A stretch of DNA of 64,000 nucleotides from Schmidtea polychroa (Eukaryota), in the NCBI GenBank assembly GCA_044892525.1, contig CM097885.1, positions 247,132,001 through 247,196,000 of the forward strand, given 5' to 3'. Each line of letters opens with the position of its first letter. The stretch's first letter is position 1. Below the pieces are notes generated by a model. The model was given only the letters and a program-made list of their open reading frames with translations. It had not been told where the DNA came from and ran no database searches. Position numbers and translations under genes: made by a program. Shown here one piece after another: positions 10,601-17,619 of the stretch.

Positions 10601-11448
10601 ATCAAACCGAATTAATAACAACAACAACATGGATTAACGAAGTAATTAAAGACGAAAGACGGGAAGTGCAGATAACTATTAACCTCAACAAGAAAGGTGA
10701 AGAGGTAATTACAGTCAAAAACCAGGAAGGAGAACCAATCATAAGGATATGTGTAATGGATAAGACGGGAATAATCGACTGTACAACAACACCGATAGAC
10801 AAAGGTACAGACGTTAAAATGGAGACAGGGAAACGGAAAGAACGATACCAAGTATGTATCCTTAAGAAAGGAAGAGGAACCAGCGTATGTCAACCAATAA
10901 CTCGACAAAAACCCCAATTAATAAACATACCATGGATACCCCGAGATCAAGAAGGGGGAGAGAAACGGGAAAATCACAGTCACCTAACAGAAAAAGAGAA
11001 GGAACGATTACATCAAGCATTCAAGAAAATCAAAGCACCAGAAACAAATACCACAGGTAGTACAATATTAACGACAGAAAAAACAAATAATGGAACAACG
11101 ATCATCACAAAGATGATATGGATAACTAGCGCGATAGTAAGCACGATAATAGCGTTAGCAATGATTCAGTGGATAAGAACCACCAAAAGATGTAAACAAA
11201 AACCGAGAAACCAAAGAAAATGGCCCAAAGTGGAAAAATTTGAATACGGTATTCCAACAGAGAATCTGAATCTAGAAGAATACGAGGTGGTAGAGGATCC
11301 CGGATCCAGCGGATTGTGGATGTCGGAACTACCAAGAATACCCACACCGAACGAATGGACACACGAAGTCGATATATACCGAATAACGGACGAAAGATAT
11401 GGGGGAATGCGCACGCTGCATTCCGGCCCCATGGCGACACTGGTATAA
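3217..11448 (+). CDS. pol: Polyprotein part 2: glycoprotein remainder, Pol (PR-RT-RH-IN), ankyrin repeats, C-terminal membrane protein
   Basis: 2743-codon uninterrupted frame, open from 3130; listed start is TTG, so it is probably the continuation of ORF1. Confidence 0.95.
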   Translation: MNGQLVSGVVVIESYEAKLERYQGYFDPDTQAMKKYPSCLASDRSCSTGMSTLVYHADQKVCRLMLLKTAIFEEIQGKVYSEPKGEAEKRAMEELRARKGFREDVITSKLESEVTPTAIISKDDGIGMRFIKNKMVSKCDEMVISTNYKGIYLSRRTLANAVGRLSEKDVKLYLYANNKMDFLYHRGLTSTEKVYHDLLRNDCLLNKEILRTKLAMAITNPDNAIPLLPLQEGYFGRIVGEVMYTYQCKKIMARLPENPTIPRDKCANELEIIHEGKPRFVQAVTRVMNPVGFQPNLFNCSNAYGPMYEKEDGQWVQFPSKTIVVTPKKFGLTELTTELEFKPIDVSQSGLYTPKDLESARAHLLFPAQRQAILSNIVTISGGNNYGESPNYELLLSPSHYQQATANMMKAMWGRFLVFGQMMAGILGIILIIQIVRVILTQMLACFDIYKRERKVNWKLAIGFLPFLAKTMVLHGHSKDIHRIKRLLKILTQMKGTDEEVGRKFKVIMRLEAERTQEKAKRTGKWKKWMNLRRDDDSDNDNDDFDDDDNNQGGAMLINKNTATWENEKMKPWGSPYSQTPYLQAPTNGPMRRPGTMRERIRMGTGRLPVPNIYPTAYEPNWAAMDPTMIKPIKNVGQEVETRTIAVLQTPAGPSLTITVEVNGIEMDAMIDTGANISAINMNMLPGRLWPCIEETTMDVITCSKQSIAVVGRVWSTIEYKGVKVTTYLAVIRQLSVSCIIGTDVMPELLKEIVIDLSSMKLKDKTGQICTMRTEVRCSEKMIIPARTQTICYVKVDNEVKGDMIFEPSQKFEKRRELPLAREIVSINEDNEIPINITNFDEEDKVIYENERLGKLTPMMNIELPEIKSEGADEKELWTIDSELLNKDEKEQLRQLLIEFKDIFAASDLELGTSDVTQHIIPLTDETPITLRPYRLAEAQKTVAEEEVQKMLDAGVIEPSCSPWQFPVVMVKKKDGTQRFCIDYRRLNAVTKRDTYPLPDINEMLQMLHGAAYFTSLDLKSGYWQIKVKEEDREKTAFTIGKDLYQFKKMPFGLTNAPASFQRCMNFVTHGIKQCMVYIDDLLIYSGTFEQHLIDIRNVFIRLKQWKLKLKPSKCDWAKERVTFLGHIVSAKGKEPDPRNVEKIKNCPIPKTVTQVQEFLGLCGYYRKFIKNYATIAKPIQELTKKDTPFLWEREQQIAFESLRDKLIASPILIHPDFKKPFLLATDASGYASGAVLGQWDEEKRERVIGYYSKTFKKHEKNYSVTEREALAIIQAIKHFKYLLWGHEIIITTDHQPLVWLGQHKEASSRLMRWAMQLQEYSPYIKFKSGKANANADCMSRFVFEELMDHDVRRICLIIAEDIDFTNLKNEQKEDNELKLIIEFLEKNDMKIFNNDDRLKEHMEKNRHRYTIEKGWLLVMDGDKRLMCLPESRRKEIMIQYHDGKLGGHMSAKKTEARLKQKYYWPNMSDDVKEWIKNCLICATRKTTGSKLKPPLKPMPIPPEPMTMIAMDVVGPLPETNSGNVYILVITDYLTKFPEAFAMPDQKARTVARILVEEICCRYGTPKQILTDQGTNFMSEIINEVTNYFRIAKLRTSPYHPQTNGQTERFNGILIDMMSNYVSKHQKDWDEYIKLCLMAYRMSIHSATKMSPFKLMYGRECNMPMDLEYQPPISQYMEIDDYVTKFKERMQEIWKTAGMNIRFNQESYKELHDKKKNVQNHQFKIGDWVIIETPELIPGTAKKLQRNGRGPYEVIYVNENNARVKLVNNPLIRPIYVNTCRCKAVAKTATKDPETRRIITRSQTNATTEPEVSGRLTRSQTRRIFMLRGETSSSAHKGTEAESEADAMARSQATWNMTVKIAREIVPEWADITNKYQVLGKLMLVAERYAKGRRYAEGLQIPTQIYELIRRLPIMFLTSDLSNNWPIHHAVKAGQEKRALEIIRIMENCKQSTNVKNSKGKTPLMKAIAIGASRDVLRELLRTGSTLKEKDNKQRTVLRYAVRSKRPSIVNFITGNATTEEAEVLGQSIEPILEAIRGNLDRTAAILIKWKQNELRAEVIDINQFQNNENIVLRSAIYSRPPMPKTIKAILQRNRTELTGNWWKCTKTHAMKKQLEILVWEWHRKQRKYQGTKEERESIHNDKKEIIKKYEEMIKAANVEDDIFRKTPGERNDDDDDDERMGDNDNNPEENDREQNPEGGETTSDDEELEEDEEDQCRGEDQGFDKTENKKRKSPLHSIVCRNQIQPILLQRIFIILTSICLTETKNIRIVREASQEGEAFMIKVSDYDGNAVGICVQLMEGTGVSCDFRSITKGKIFSSQKRDPRLCGDYDICRDISTEEMELERANETGVHFQLNILEEGIEIEDKGSRSITHVCIREDRDICIITDMTQDHKFFWGEVKPNTPTVVCAGTQGIVVCKGTRTAPRKDKPKSMAMKQDPLRGIATKKPNKSVSTKTTTEQNQTELITTTTWINEVIKDERREVQITINLNKKGEEVITVKNQEGEPIIRICVMDKTGIIDCTTTPIDKGTDVKMETGKRKERYQVCILKKGRGTSVCQPITRQKPQLINIPWIPRDQEGGEKRENHSHLTEKEKERLHQAFKKIKAPETNTTGSTILTTEKTNNGTTIITKMIWITSAIVSTIIALAMIQWIRTTKRCKQKPRNQRKWPKVEKFEYGIPTENLNLEEYEVVEDPGSSGLWMSELPRIPTPNEWTHEVDIYRITDERYGGMRTLHSGPMATLV
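5180..5460 (+). other. Retropepsin aspartic protease
   Basis: AMIDTGANISAI (DTG at 5230) and downstream CIIGTDV (IIG.D motif). Confidence 0.93.
6000..6700 (+). other. Reverse transcriptase (Gypsy type)
   Basis: RFCIDYRRLN, YPLP, LDLKSGYWQI, MPFGLTNAPASFQR, YIDD at 6448-6459, FLGHIVS. Confidence 0.97.
6880..7250 (+). other. RNase H (Ty3-type)
   Basis: LATDASG..GAVLGQ, NYSVTEREALAI, TDHQPL, RLMRWAMQLQEY, KSGKANANADCMSR. Confidence 0.96.
7480..8500 (+). other. Integrase with HHCC zinc finger, DDE core and GPY/F module
   Basis: YHD...GHMS...CLIC; AMDVVGPLP; TDQGTNF; YHPQTNGQTERFN; RGPYEV at 8461-8478. Confidence 0.96.
8990..9490 (+). other. Ankyrin repeats (3 clear, up to 5) fused downstream of integrase
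   Basis: WPIHHAVKAGQ; KNSKGKTPLMKAIAIG..DVLRELLRTG; KDNKQRTVLRYAVRS match the G.TPLH.A...G consensus. Confidence 0.85.
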
Positions 11449-11596
11449 CGAGAGGAGGAGTTGTTGTAAATAATGTATAAATGAAATGATAAAAGTAGTG
11501 ATAATAGTAGTGGTATGTACAAAATAAAAGTAGTAAATTAAAACAATATGTAGAAAAATCAAAAACAAGTATGATGACCATGTATTATAAATAGGA

Positions 11597-12052
11597 ATGA
11601 ACCAGAGAAACGAAGAGCAAGAACACCCAAATGGGATACCACATGTTGTTGAAGTAAGAGAACAGCCGCTTATGAATGTACATCCAGTAGACATGATGGA
11701 AATGAACGTGCCAAACCAGCCGAGTCAGCCAACAGGATCCATGTGGAGGGCACAGTGTGAATTAATGACCCAATTGACAAATCAGACTCAAGAGCACTGG
11801 GTACGAAACCAAACGGCGTTGATAGAGAGTATTAATAGAAACGCAATATATATTACAAAAATAGAGGAACAACACCAAATAATCGCGCAACTAGAGTATA
11901 ATAACAATCAGTTAATAAGCCAAATCAGATGGCAAGCGGAAGAAATTAGAAGGTTGCATGAAAATCGACAACATGATGATATTACCAGTTTAGTCGAGTG
12001 GATGACCGGGTTACCAGGAACAGGGGAACCGGACTCGACGGTAGATGTGTAG
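11597..12052 (+). CDS. Cargo ORF, 151 aa, central coiled coil, unknown function
   Basis: ATG start, same strand and composition as the element, heptad pattern ITKIEEQHQIIAQLEYNNNQLISQIRWQAEEIRRL. Confidence 0.7.
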   Translation: MNQRNEEQEHPNGIPHVVEVREQPLMNVHPVDMMEMNVPNQPSQPTGSMWRAQCELMTQLTNQTQEHWVRNQTALIESINRNAIYITKIEEQHQIIAQLEYNNNQLISQIRWQAEEIRRLHENRQHDDITSLVEWMTGLPGTGEPDSTVDV

Positions 12053-12141
12053 GAGAAAAAGGAGTGAAATGTAAATAATCCTGTAAATAAATAGAGTTAT
12101 AATCAAGTAGAAATCCCAAGATTAAAAATCATCATTGTAGA

Positions 12142-13566
12142 ATGCAAAACAAAGCAGAGGAAAACCGGAGAGAAGCAGAGGAACAAAAGATTAACTATGA
12201 GTTGATGAGAAAATACCAAGCCGAGCCGGACGAGTTCGAAGAGAGATTATTATGTGCCGATACAGCATGTAGAAGATTATTAATTGGAGCAAGTCAAACT
12301 CGATGCGGGTGTAGATTGTGCCGAGGGTGTGATATAAGATTAGCCAGACTAAAGCGAGAAACTTGTCCAGGATGTGGAGAAGCATTTAAGTTGGTTCCCA
12401 CTGGTACGATACCGGATAGAGCAATGAACCGAGAAATCAGAGAAGTGAAAATAAGATGCACCCAAAGGTCATGCGAATGGACAGGCCGAGTAAAGGAGTT
12501 AAGAGCCCATACAGACGTATGCGAATATCTAGAATCGGAATGCGAAGCATGCACGGTAAAGTTTTTACGAAAAGAGAAAACCAAACATAAAGGGGAATGC
12601 AAAGCGCGAACGGAAAAATGCGAATTTTGCGGAGAAACTGCTAATTGGAGAGAAATCGAAATGGAACATCGAAACGCAGTAGAAAGACGGATTTGCGACG
12701 AATATACAGGGAAATGCCCAAACGAGTGTGGAGAAATTAACAACGTCAGATTAAATGAACATTGGGAGATATGCACGAGAAAAGCAATAAAATGCCCAAT
12801 GGTGACATTCGACTGTAGAGCACAATTACCAGCAGAAGAAATGAAGAAGCATGTGGAGGAGAATACATTCGAGCACATGCAAAAGATGATGAGAGCAATA
12901 GAGTTAACAGCAAGAGCAATTGAAGACGTCAAAGACGAACTCAAATCACATAAAATCATGATAAAAGAAATGCTGAGCTCACAGGAAAGCTTCGAAAATA
13001 CGAGAGAAGCCGTAACACAAAGGATGTTGAAATTAGACGACAAATTAGTCGAAGTAACTAAATTACAAACCAAATGGACTACAAAGGAACTGACAACAGA
13101 GGAACTACCAATACTACCATACATGTGGAAAATCCAAGGAATAACGGAAATAATGGAGCAAGCAAAGCAAGGAATCCAGACAACGATAGTGAGCAAACCA
13201 TTCTACGCCAAGAAACATGGATACAAGATGAAATTGAGATGGTTTCCAAATGGTGAAGGAAAGTTTAAAGATCGGTGCATGTCCATATATATGCAAATTT
13301 GTAAAGGAGATTTTGACGACCTAATAGCATGGCCATTCCGACATCGATTAAAAATATCTCTCTTAGGAGCAAAAAAGACACATATAATGTGTTTTCGAGC
13401 ATCCAGTCCAGCAGGGAATAAACCGATTACAGAGGTTAATCCTGCGGTAGGAGTAGCAGAGTTTATGCAGCTATACCAATTTAACGAAGGGTCCTACATA
13501 GAAAAGGACACTATATTCTTCCTAATCGAACTAGATGAGGAAGGACCAACAATAGAAATACGATAG
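12142..13566 (+). CDS. traf: Full-length intronless TRAF-family protein (variant RING, TRAF zinc fingers, coiled coil, MATH)
   Basis: RING CADTAC...CGCRLCRGC...CPGC; zinc fingers C...C.W.G....L..H...C; MATH YMWKIQG...SKPFY...YKMKLRWFPNGEG...GDFDDLIAWPF. Confidence 0.93.
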   Translation: MQNKAEENRREAEEQKINYELMRKYQAEPDEFEERLLCADTACRRLLIGASQTRCGCRLCRGCDIRLARLKRETCPGCGEAFKLVPTGTIPDRAMNREIREVKIRCTQRSCEWTGRVKELRAHTDVCEYLESECEACTVKFLRKEKTKHKGECKARTEKCEFCGETANWREIEMEHRNAVERRICDEYTGKCPNECGEINNVRLNEHWEICTRKAIKCPMVTFDCRAQLPAEEMKKHVEENTFEHMQKMMRAIELTARAIEDVKDELKSHKIMIKEMLSSQESFENTREAVTQRMLKLDDKLVEVTKLQTKWTTKELTTEELPILPYMWKIQGITEIMEQAKQGIQTTIVSKPFYAKKHGYKMKLRWFPNGEGKFKDRCMSIYMQICKGDFDDLIAWPFRHRLKISLLGAKKTHIMCFRASSPAGNKPITEVNPAVGVAEFMQLYQFNEGSYIEKDTIFFLIELDEEGPTIEIR

Positions 13567-13706
13567 ACGGATAGAAGGGAACTGTAAATATTTTGTAAAA
13601 ACGATGTAAAGTAAATATAAAGTTATTGTATACAGTAAAGTAACGTGCCAAAACCATAAAAATTAGAAAAAGAAAATGTAAAAAGAAATGATGAAATTTA
13701 TTATAG

Positions 13707-14885
13707 ATGATTAATCAAGAGAGACCGAATATCCGAAAGAAAACGATCACAATGAGAGAGGAAGAGGACAATATGTCACCTAGAGAAAGAGTGAAGGATG
13801 CGGAAGTCAGCAAAACAAAACCAAGTAGTTACGCATATTATCGGAGAATGGGAAACGATTATAATTGGGTACACGAAAATTTGAAACTGGGAAATAATGA
13901 ACAATTCAGATGTGAGAACCAGAGATATCTGTCATTTGAACATCAGACCATTTTTACCAAGGAACAAAGCCGAGCGCTAGCACGCGACGGATTTTTCTTC
14001 TCTGGAAAACCAGAGATACCCGATCAAGTAACATGTCGTTTCTGTAAAGGGAAATTAGCAGAATGGAAAAAAGGAGAACACCCAAAGGAGGAACATCGTA
14101 GACGATTCCCAACTTGTCTATTCGTACTGGGATTTGATGTACACAACAAACCGGAAATCAAATACGAAGCCTTGGAGAAATTGAAAACTGAAGACGAAAA
14201 AGGAGGGAAAATGAGCATCGCGATAACCAGAATCGTTGATGAGTATGTTCCAACTTGTGAAGGGGAATTCCTCACGCAAATAGCAGATAATAGAATGAAA
14301 ACGTTCGGAGATGATACGAGAGGACCTGAATTAGCAATAAGAGGGTTCTACCTAACAGAAAATCAAATACTAAAGTGTGAAAGATGCGAAAGCCAACAGA
14401 GATTACCGGAAGAAGGCATACCAGAAATTAGACATCAAGCATGGTGCCTATATCACAACGAACAAGAAACCGAATATCCGGAAGTACTAGTAACAGAGGA
14501 AGAGGTTGACGAAGTGGTAGACAAACCCAACATGTGCAGAGCGTTGAAAGCAGCCGGAATAGGCACGACAAGGGCAAAGAACATGATTAGAGAGAAACTA
14601 CAGAAAAATGTACATATACCAACAACAACGTACGATATGATCAGAGCGATAACCCAGTATAGAGAAAAACCTGAAACAAAAATAAAAGAAGAATCAATGG
14701 TCAAAACAGCTATCTTACGAGATATCAAATGTACTATGTGTTGGGAGAGGAGTGTAGAAGTTATTCATATGCCATGCGGACATTTGATCGCATGTGCCAC
14801 ATGTAGTAGAAAAGTAAAGGAATGTCCGATGTGCAGACAGAGGATTGCGCAGCGAATCAAAGGATTCCGCTACGCCGATCAATAA
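13707..14885 (+). CDS. iap: Inhibitor of apoptosis (IAP): BIR, degenerate BIR, C-terminal RING
   Basis: BIR1 R..SF...LARDGFFF...VTCRFC-x16-H-x6-C; BIR2 RMKTF...LAIRGFY...CERC...H...C; RING CTMC...PCGHLIACATC...CPMCR. Confidence 0.94.
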   Translation: MINQERPNIRKKTITMREEEDNMSPRERVKDAEVSKTKPSSYAYYRRMGNDYNWVHENLKLGNNEQFRCENQRYLSFEHQTIFTKEQSRALARDGFFFSGKPEIPDQVTCRFCKGKLAEWKKGEHPKEEHRRRFPTCLFVLGFDVHNKPEIKYEALEKLKTEDEKGGKMSIAITRIVDEYVPTCEGEFLTQIADNRMKTFGDDTRGPELAIRGFYLTENQILKCERCESQQRLPEEGIPEIRHQAWCLYHNEQETEYPEVLVTEEEVDEVVDKPNMCRALKAAGIGTTRAKNMIREKLQKNVHIPTTTYDMIRAITQYREKPETKIKEESMVKTAILRDIKCTMCWERSVEVIHMPCGHLIACATCSRKVKECPMCRQRIAQRIKGFRYADQ

Positions 14886-14967
14886 CAAAAATTAAAATTC
14901 CGTGTATAAAGTGTAGATAATAAATGTATGAAATAATAGTGGTAGTAATAGTGTAATTATTTAGACA

Positions 14968-16533
14968 ATGAATAAAGAATCACAAACCTATGTGGAAACC
15001 GAGATGCAACAACTCGAACAGTACAAATCCATCATACAAACATACGAAGCAGAAAGAGTAAAGAGAGAAATAGAAATGTACAAAACCATGTATGAGAAAA
15101 AGCAACAAGAATTAGAAGCGGAGAAGGCGGAAGCACTAGCAACAAAGGAGGAGTGGATGAAACAGGTAGAGGAATTAACCGAGGATGTGAGAAATACCTC
15201 AACATACCAAGAATTGGAGGAAGAGCTCTCGAATTTACGAACTCAGCGGATTATGGAGATAGTTGGGTTATGCGGAGAGATAATAATGCAGAAGGCACAA
15301 ATTAGGGAAGCAAAGGAGCAATACGAGGAGGAACAGCGTAAAACGGAACGAATAAAACTACAAGCGCAACAATGGAAACTAAAGTACGAAACCCTCCAGA
15401 CAAGGCAGAATGATAGTCACGAACATCAAATACGGAATTACAAGGCCGAACTAGAAGAAGTAAAGGGCAAATGCGCAATGATGAAAGAAAAATGGGAAAG
15501 ATGCAAAAAGACCCTAAACGAAGTCAGAGGGCAAGGGAGGAGAACACCGCATAGAGAACCAATTGTTAGAAATAACGTATTAGAGCGAATTAACACACAA
15601 ATAAAGATACAAGCCCAGAAATGGAAGTATAAATACCTAGGAAGTCAAACTCAAGTGCTCTATTGGAAAATCAGTAGCAAGGAACAACTGCGATTACGAA
15701 AAGCAGACCAAGAATTTTACGAAACAAGAGCTGCACAGCGAGAAGAAGAGGAAGTAGAGTGGAGAAAACGACAGCAGAAAACTGAGGAAACCGAAAAGTG
15801 TCTCAAGCATCAAGCCCGAAAATGGAAAAAGAATTGGAAAGAGACCAAAGAGGAGTTAAGACAGTTACCAATAAAACTGATGGAAAGAGACGAATTTAAA
15901 ATATGGGAAACGATAGAAAACCAAAAAGATGAGATCAGCCGATTGAGTAGAGAACATAGAATCAAGACGCGGATCAGCGACGGTAGACAGAGAATCATAA
16001 AGAAACAGACTCGAGAAATAAGAAGGTATGAATTCCAGGAAAAGAGATGGGAACAACAATTGACAGACCAAGATCGACAGATCCGACAATTACAAACCGA
16101 AGTGGAAGAAGCCAATCAAGAGATGAACGGATATAAAGGTATGTACACCCAAAGGGATGTGAATTGGAAGCACCAGATTGAGCTTAATGCGAAATATAGA
16201 GAGGAGTGCGACAAGACAATTCAACAAACCAAACAGGAAACCGAGATAATAAAACGATGCTTCGAAGAAAATGAAGCAAATTTGAGAGCGGAAATTGAGA
16301 AACTAAAAACGCTCGAAAGAACCCAACGATTGGAAGAGGAATTAAACGAAATGATAGAAAACGAAGGTAGATTAACGTTTTTATTGGATGAGGAAATAAA
16401 CATCTCAACGGAACTACGAGAGGAAATAGATCGGTTAAGGAGACAACCACCAATATTATTAATGCCTGCCGAAGTCACCACAGATGAAGGCTTCGATGAA
16501 AATAACGAACAAAATAACGCAACATGGATTTAG
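14968..16533 (+). CDS. Cargo ORF, 521 aa, long coiled-coil protein
   Basis: E/K/Q/R-rich heptads along most of the length; ATG preceded by an acceptor-like TAG. Confidence 0.8.
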   Translation: MNKESQTYVETEMQQLEQYKSIIQTYEAERVKREIEMYKTMYEKKQQELEAEKAEALATKEEWMKQVEELTEDVRNTSTYQELEEELSNLRTQRIMEIVGLCGEIIMQKAQIREAKEQYEEEQRKTERIKLQAQQWKLKYETLQTRQNDSHEHQIRNYKAELEEVKGKCAMMKEKWERCKKTLNEVRGQGRRTPHREPIVRNNVLERINTQIKIQAQKWKYKYLGSQTQVLYWKISSKEQLRLRKADQEFYETRAAQREEEEVEWRKRQQKTEETEKCLKHQARKWKKNWKETKEELRQLPIKLMERDEFKIWETIENQKDEISRLSREHRIKTRISDGRQRIIKKQTREIRRYEFQEKRWEQQLTDQDRQIRQLQTEVEEANQEMNGYKGMYTQRDVNWKHQIELNAKYREECDKTIQQTKQETEIIKRCFEENEANLRAEIEKLKTLERTQRLEEELNEMIENEGRLTFLLDEEINISTELREEIDRLRRQPPILLMPAEVTTDEGFDENNEQNNATWI

Positions 16534-16546
16534 TCGAAGGGAGATG

Positions 16547-16704
16547 NNNNNNNNNNNNNNNNNNNNNNNNNNNNNNNNNNNNNNNNNNNNNNNNNNNNNN
16601 NNNNNNNNNNNNNNNNNNNNNNNNNNNNNNNNNNNNNNNNNNNNNNNNNNNNNNNNNNNNNNNNNNNNNNNNNNNNNNNNNNNNNNNNNNNNNNNNNNNN
16701 NNNN
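16547..16704. other. Assembly gap (N-run) inside the element
   Basis: Run of n. Confidence 1.
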
Positions 16705-16775
16705 AAATTACAAAACCAAAAAATTCAGAATAAAAAGAAGACAAAAGGAAATATGATATGTATATTTTTGTAGAT

Positions 16776-17543
16776 ATGAATTATTTAAAAGAAAGAGAAT
16801 CAACGAGTAACGAAGGAAAGTCAAACGACCAACCTGAACAAAACCAGGATATGATACCAATCAAACAAGAACCGATGAAATATTATAGCAATAAATGGAG
16901 AGTCAGCAAGAAGTTGTTCAAATTAAAGATTGCAAATCAAAATGTAGAGATTACGAGATTGAGGCAGCATATTGTTCAATCAAGACGATTAATAAACACT
17001 GTCAAGCAAGAAATTTTGAGGGAAATAAAGGAATCGAAACGAAAAGAGACAGAAAATAAAAACCTGAGACGAGAGATAGTAGAGTTGAGAGCTCAGGCAG
17101 TAATCGAAGATTATTGGAAATCAGAAACAAGGAAGTTGAAAAAGATTGTGAATATCGACCAAGTCTATATCGAGCAGTTAGAAGCACAATATGCTTATGC
17201 AAAAACAAGAGTGCGAGAAAGTAAAAAAGTCGAGAAGAGAAATGTAAAACTCAAGGAAGAGATCAAGGAACAAAGAGAGGAAACAGAAAAACAATGGAAG
17301 TTGAAAGAAAATTACCGGAGAATCTTAAATCAAAAACGACGAAGCATGCAAGCATTGCAGACGGCAATAACCATCAAGCAGAGAAAATGGAAAAGTAAAG
17401 AGAAGCAATTACAAGAAATACCAGAATTAAAGAGACAGTTGATAGCAACGCAACTCGAAGTAATAAGAATGAACGAGTTGAGCAAAAGACGAGCACCTGA
17501 ACCTCCCGTAAAATTAAGGGATGAGGTCGGTGGCTCCCAATAA
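16776..17543 (+). CDS. Cargo ORF, basic coiled-coil protein (~255 aa; ATG 16776 preferred over 16758)
   Basis: Open frame 16758-17543; TTTTTGTAG acceptor directly before in-frame ATG 16776, matching the other cargo ORFs. Confidence 0.75.
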   Translation: MNYLKERESTSNEGKSNDQPEQNQDMIPIKQEPMKYYSNKWRVSKKLFKLKIANQNVEITRLRQHIVQSRRLINTVKQEILREIKESKRKETENKNLRREIVELRAQAVIEDYWKSETRKLKKIVNIDQVYIEQLEAQYAYAKTRVRESKKVEKRNVKLKEEIKEQREETEKQWKLKENYRRILNQKRRSMQALQTAITIKQRKWKSKEKQLQEIPELKRQLIATQLEVIRMNELSKRRAPEPPVKLRDEVGGSQ

Positions 17544-17619
17544 ATGAGACAAAATAACCGTGTAAATAAATTGTAAATAAAGCCAAGTAATTATTATTAA
17601 CATATATGTATATGTAAAG

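Noticed and set aside
16475-16756. ORFs containing X runs
   Set aside because: Artefacts of translating the N-gap.
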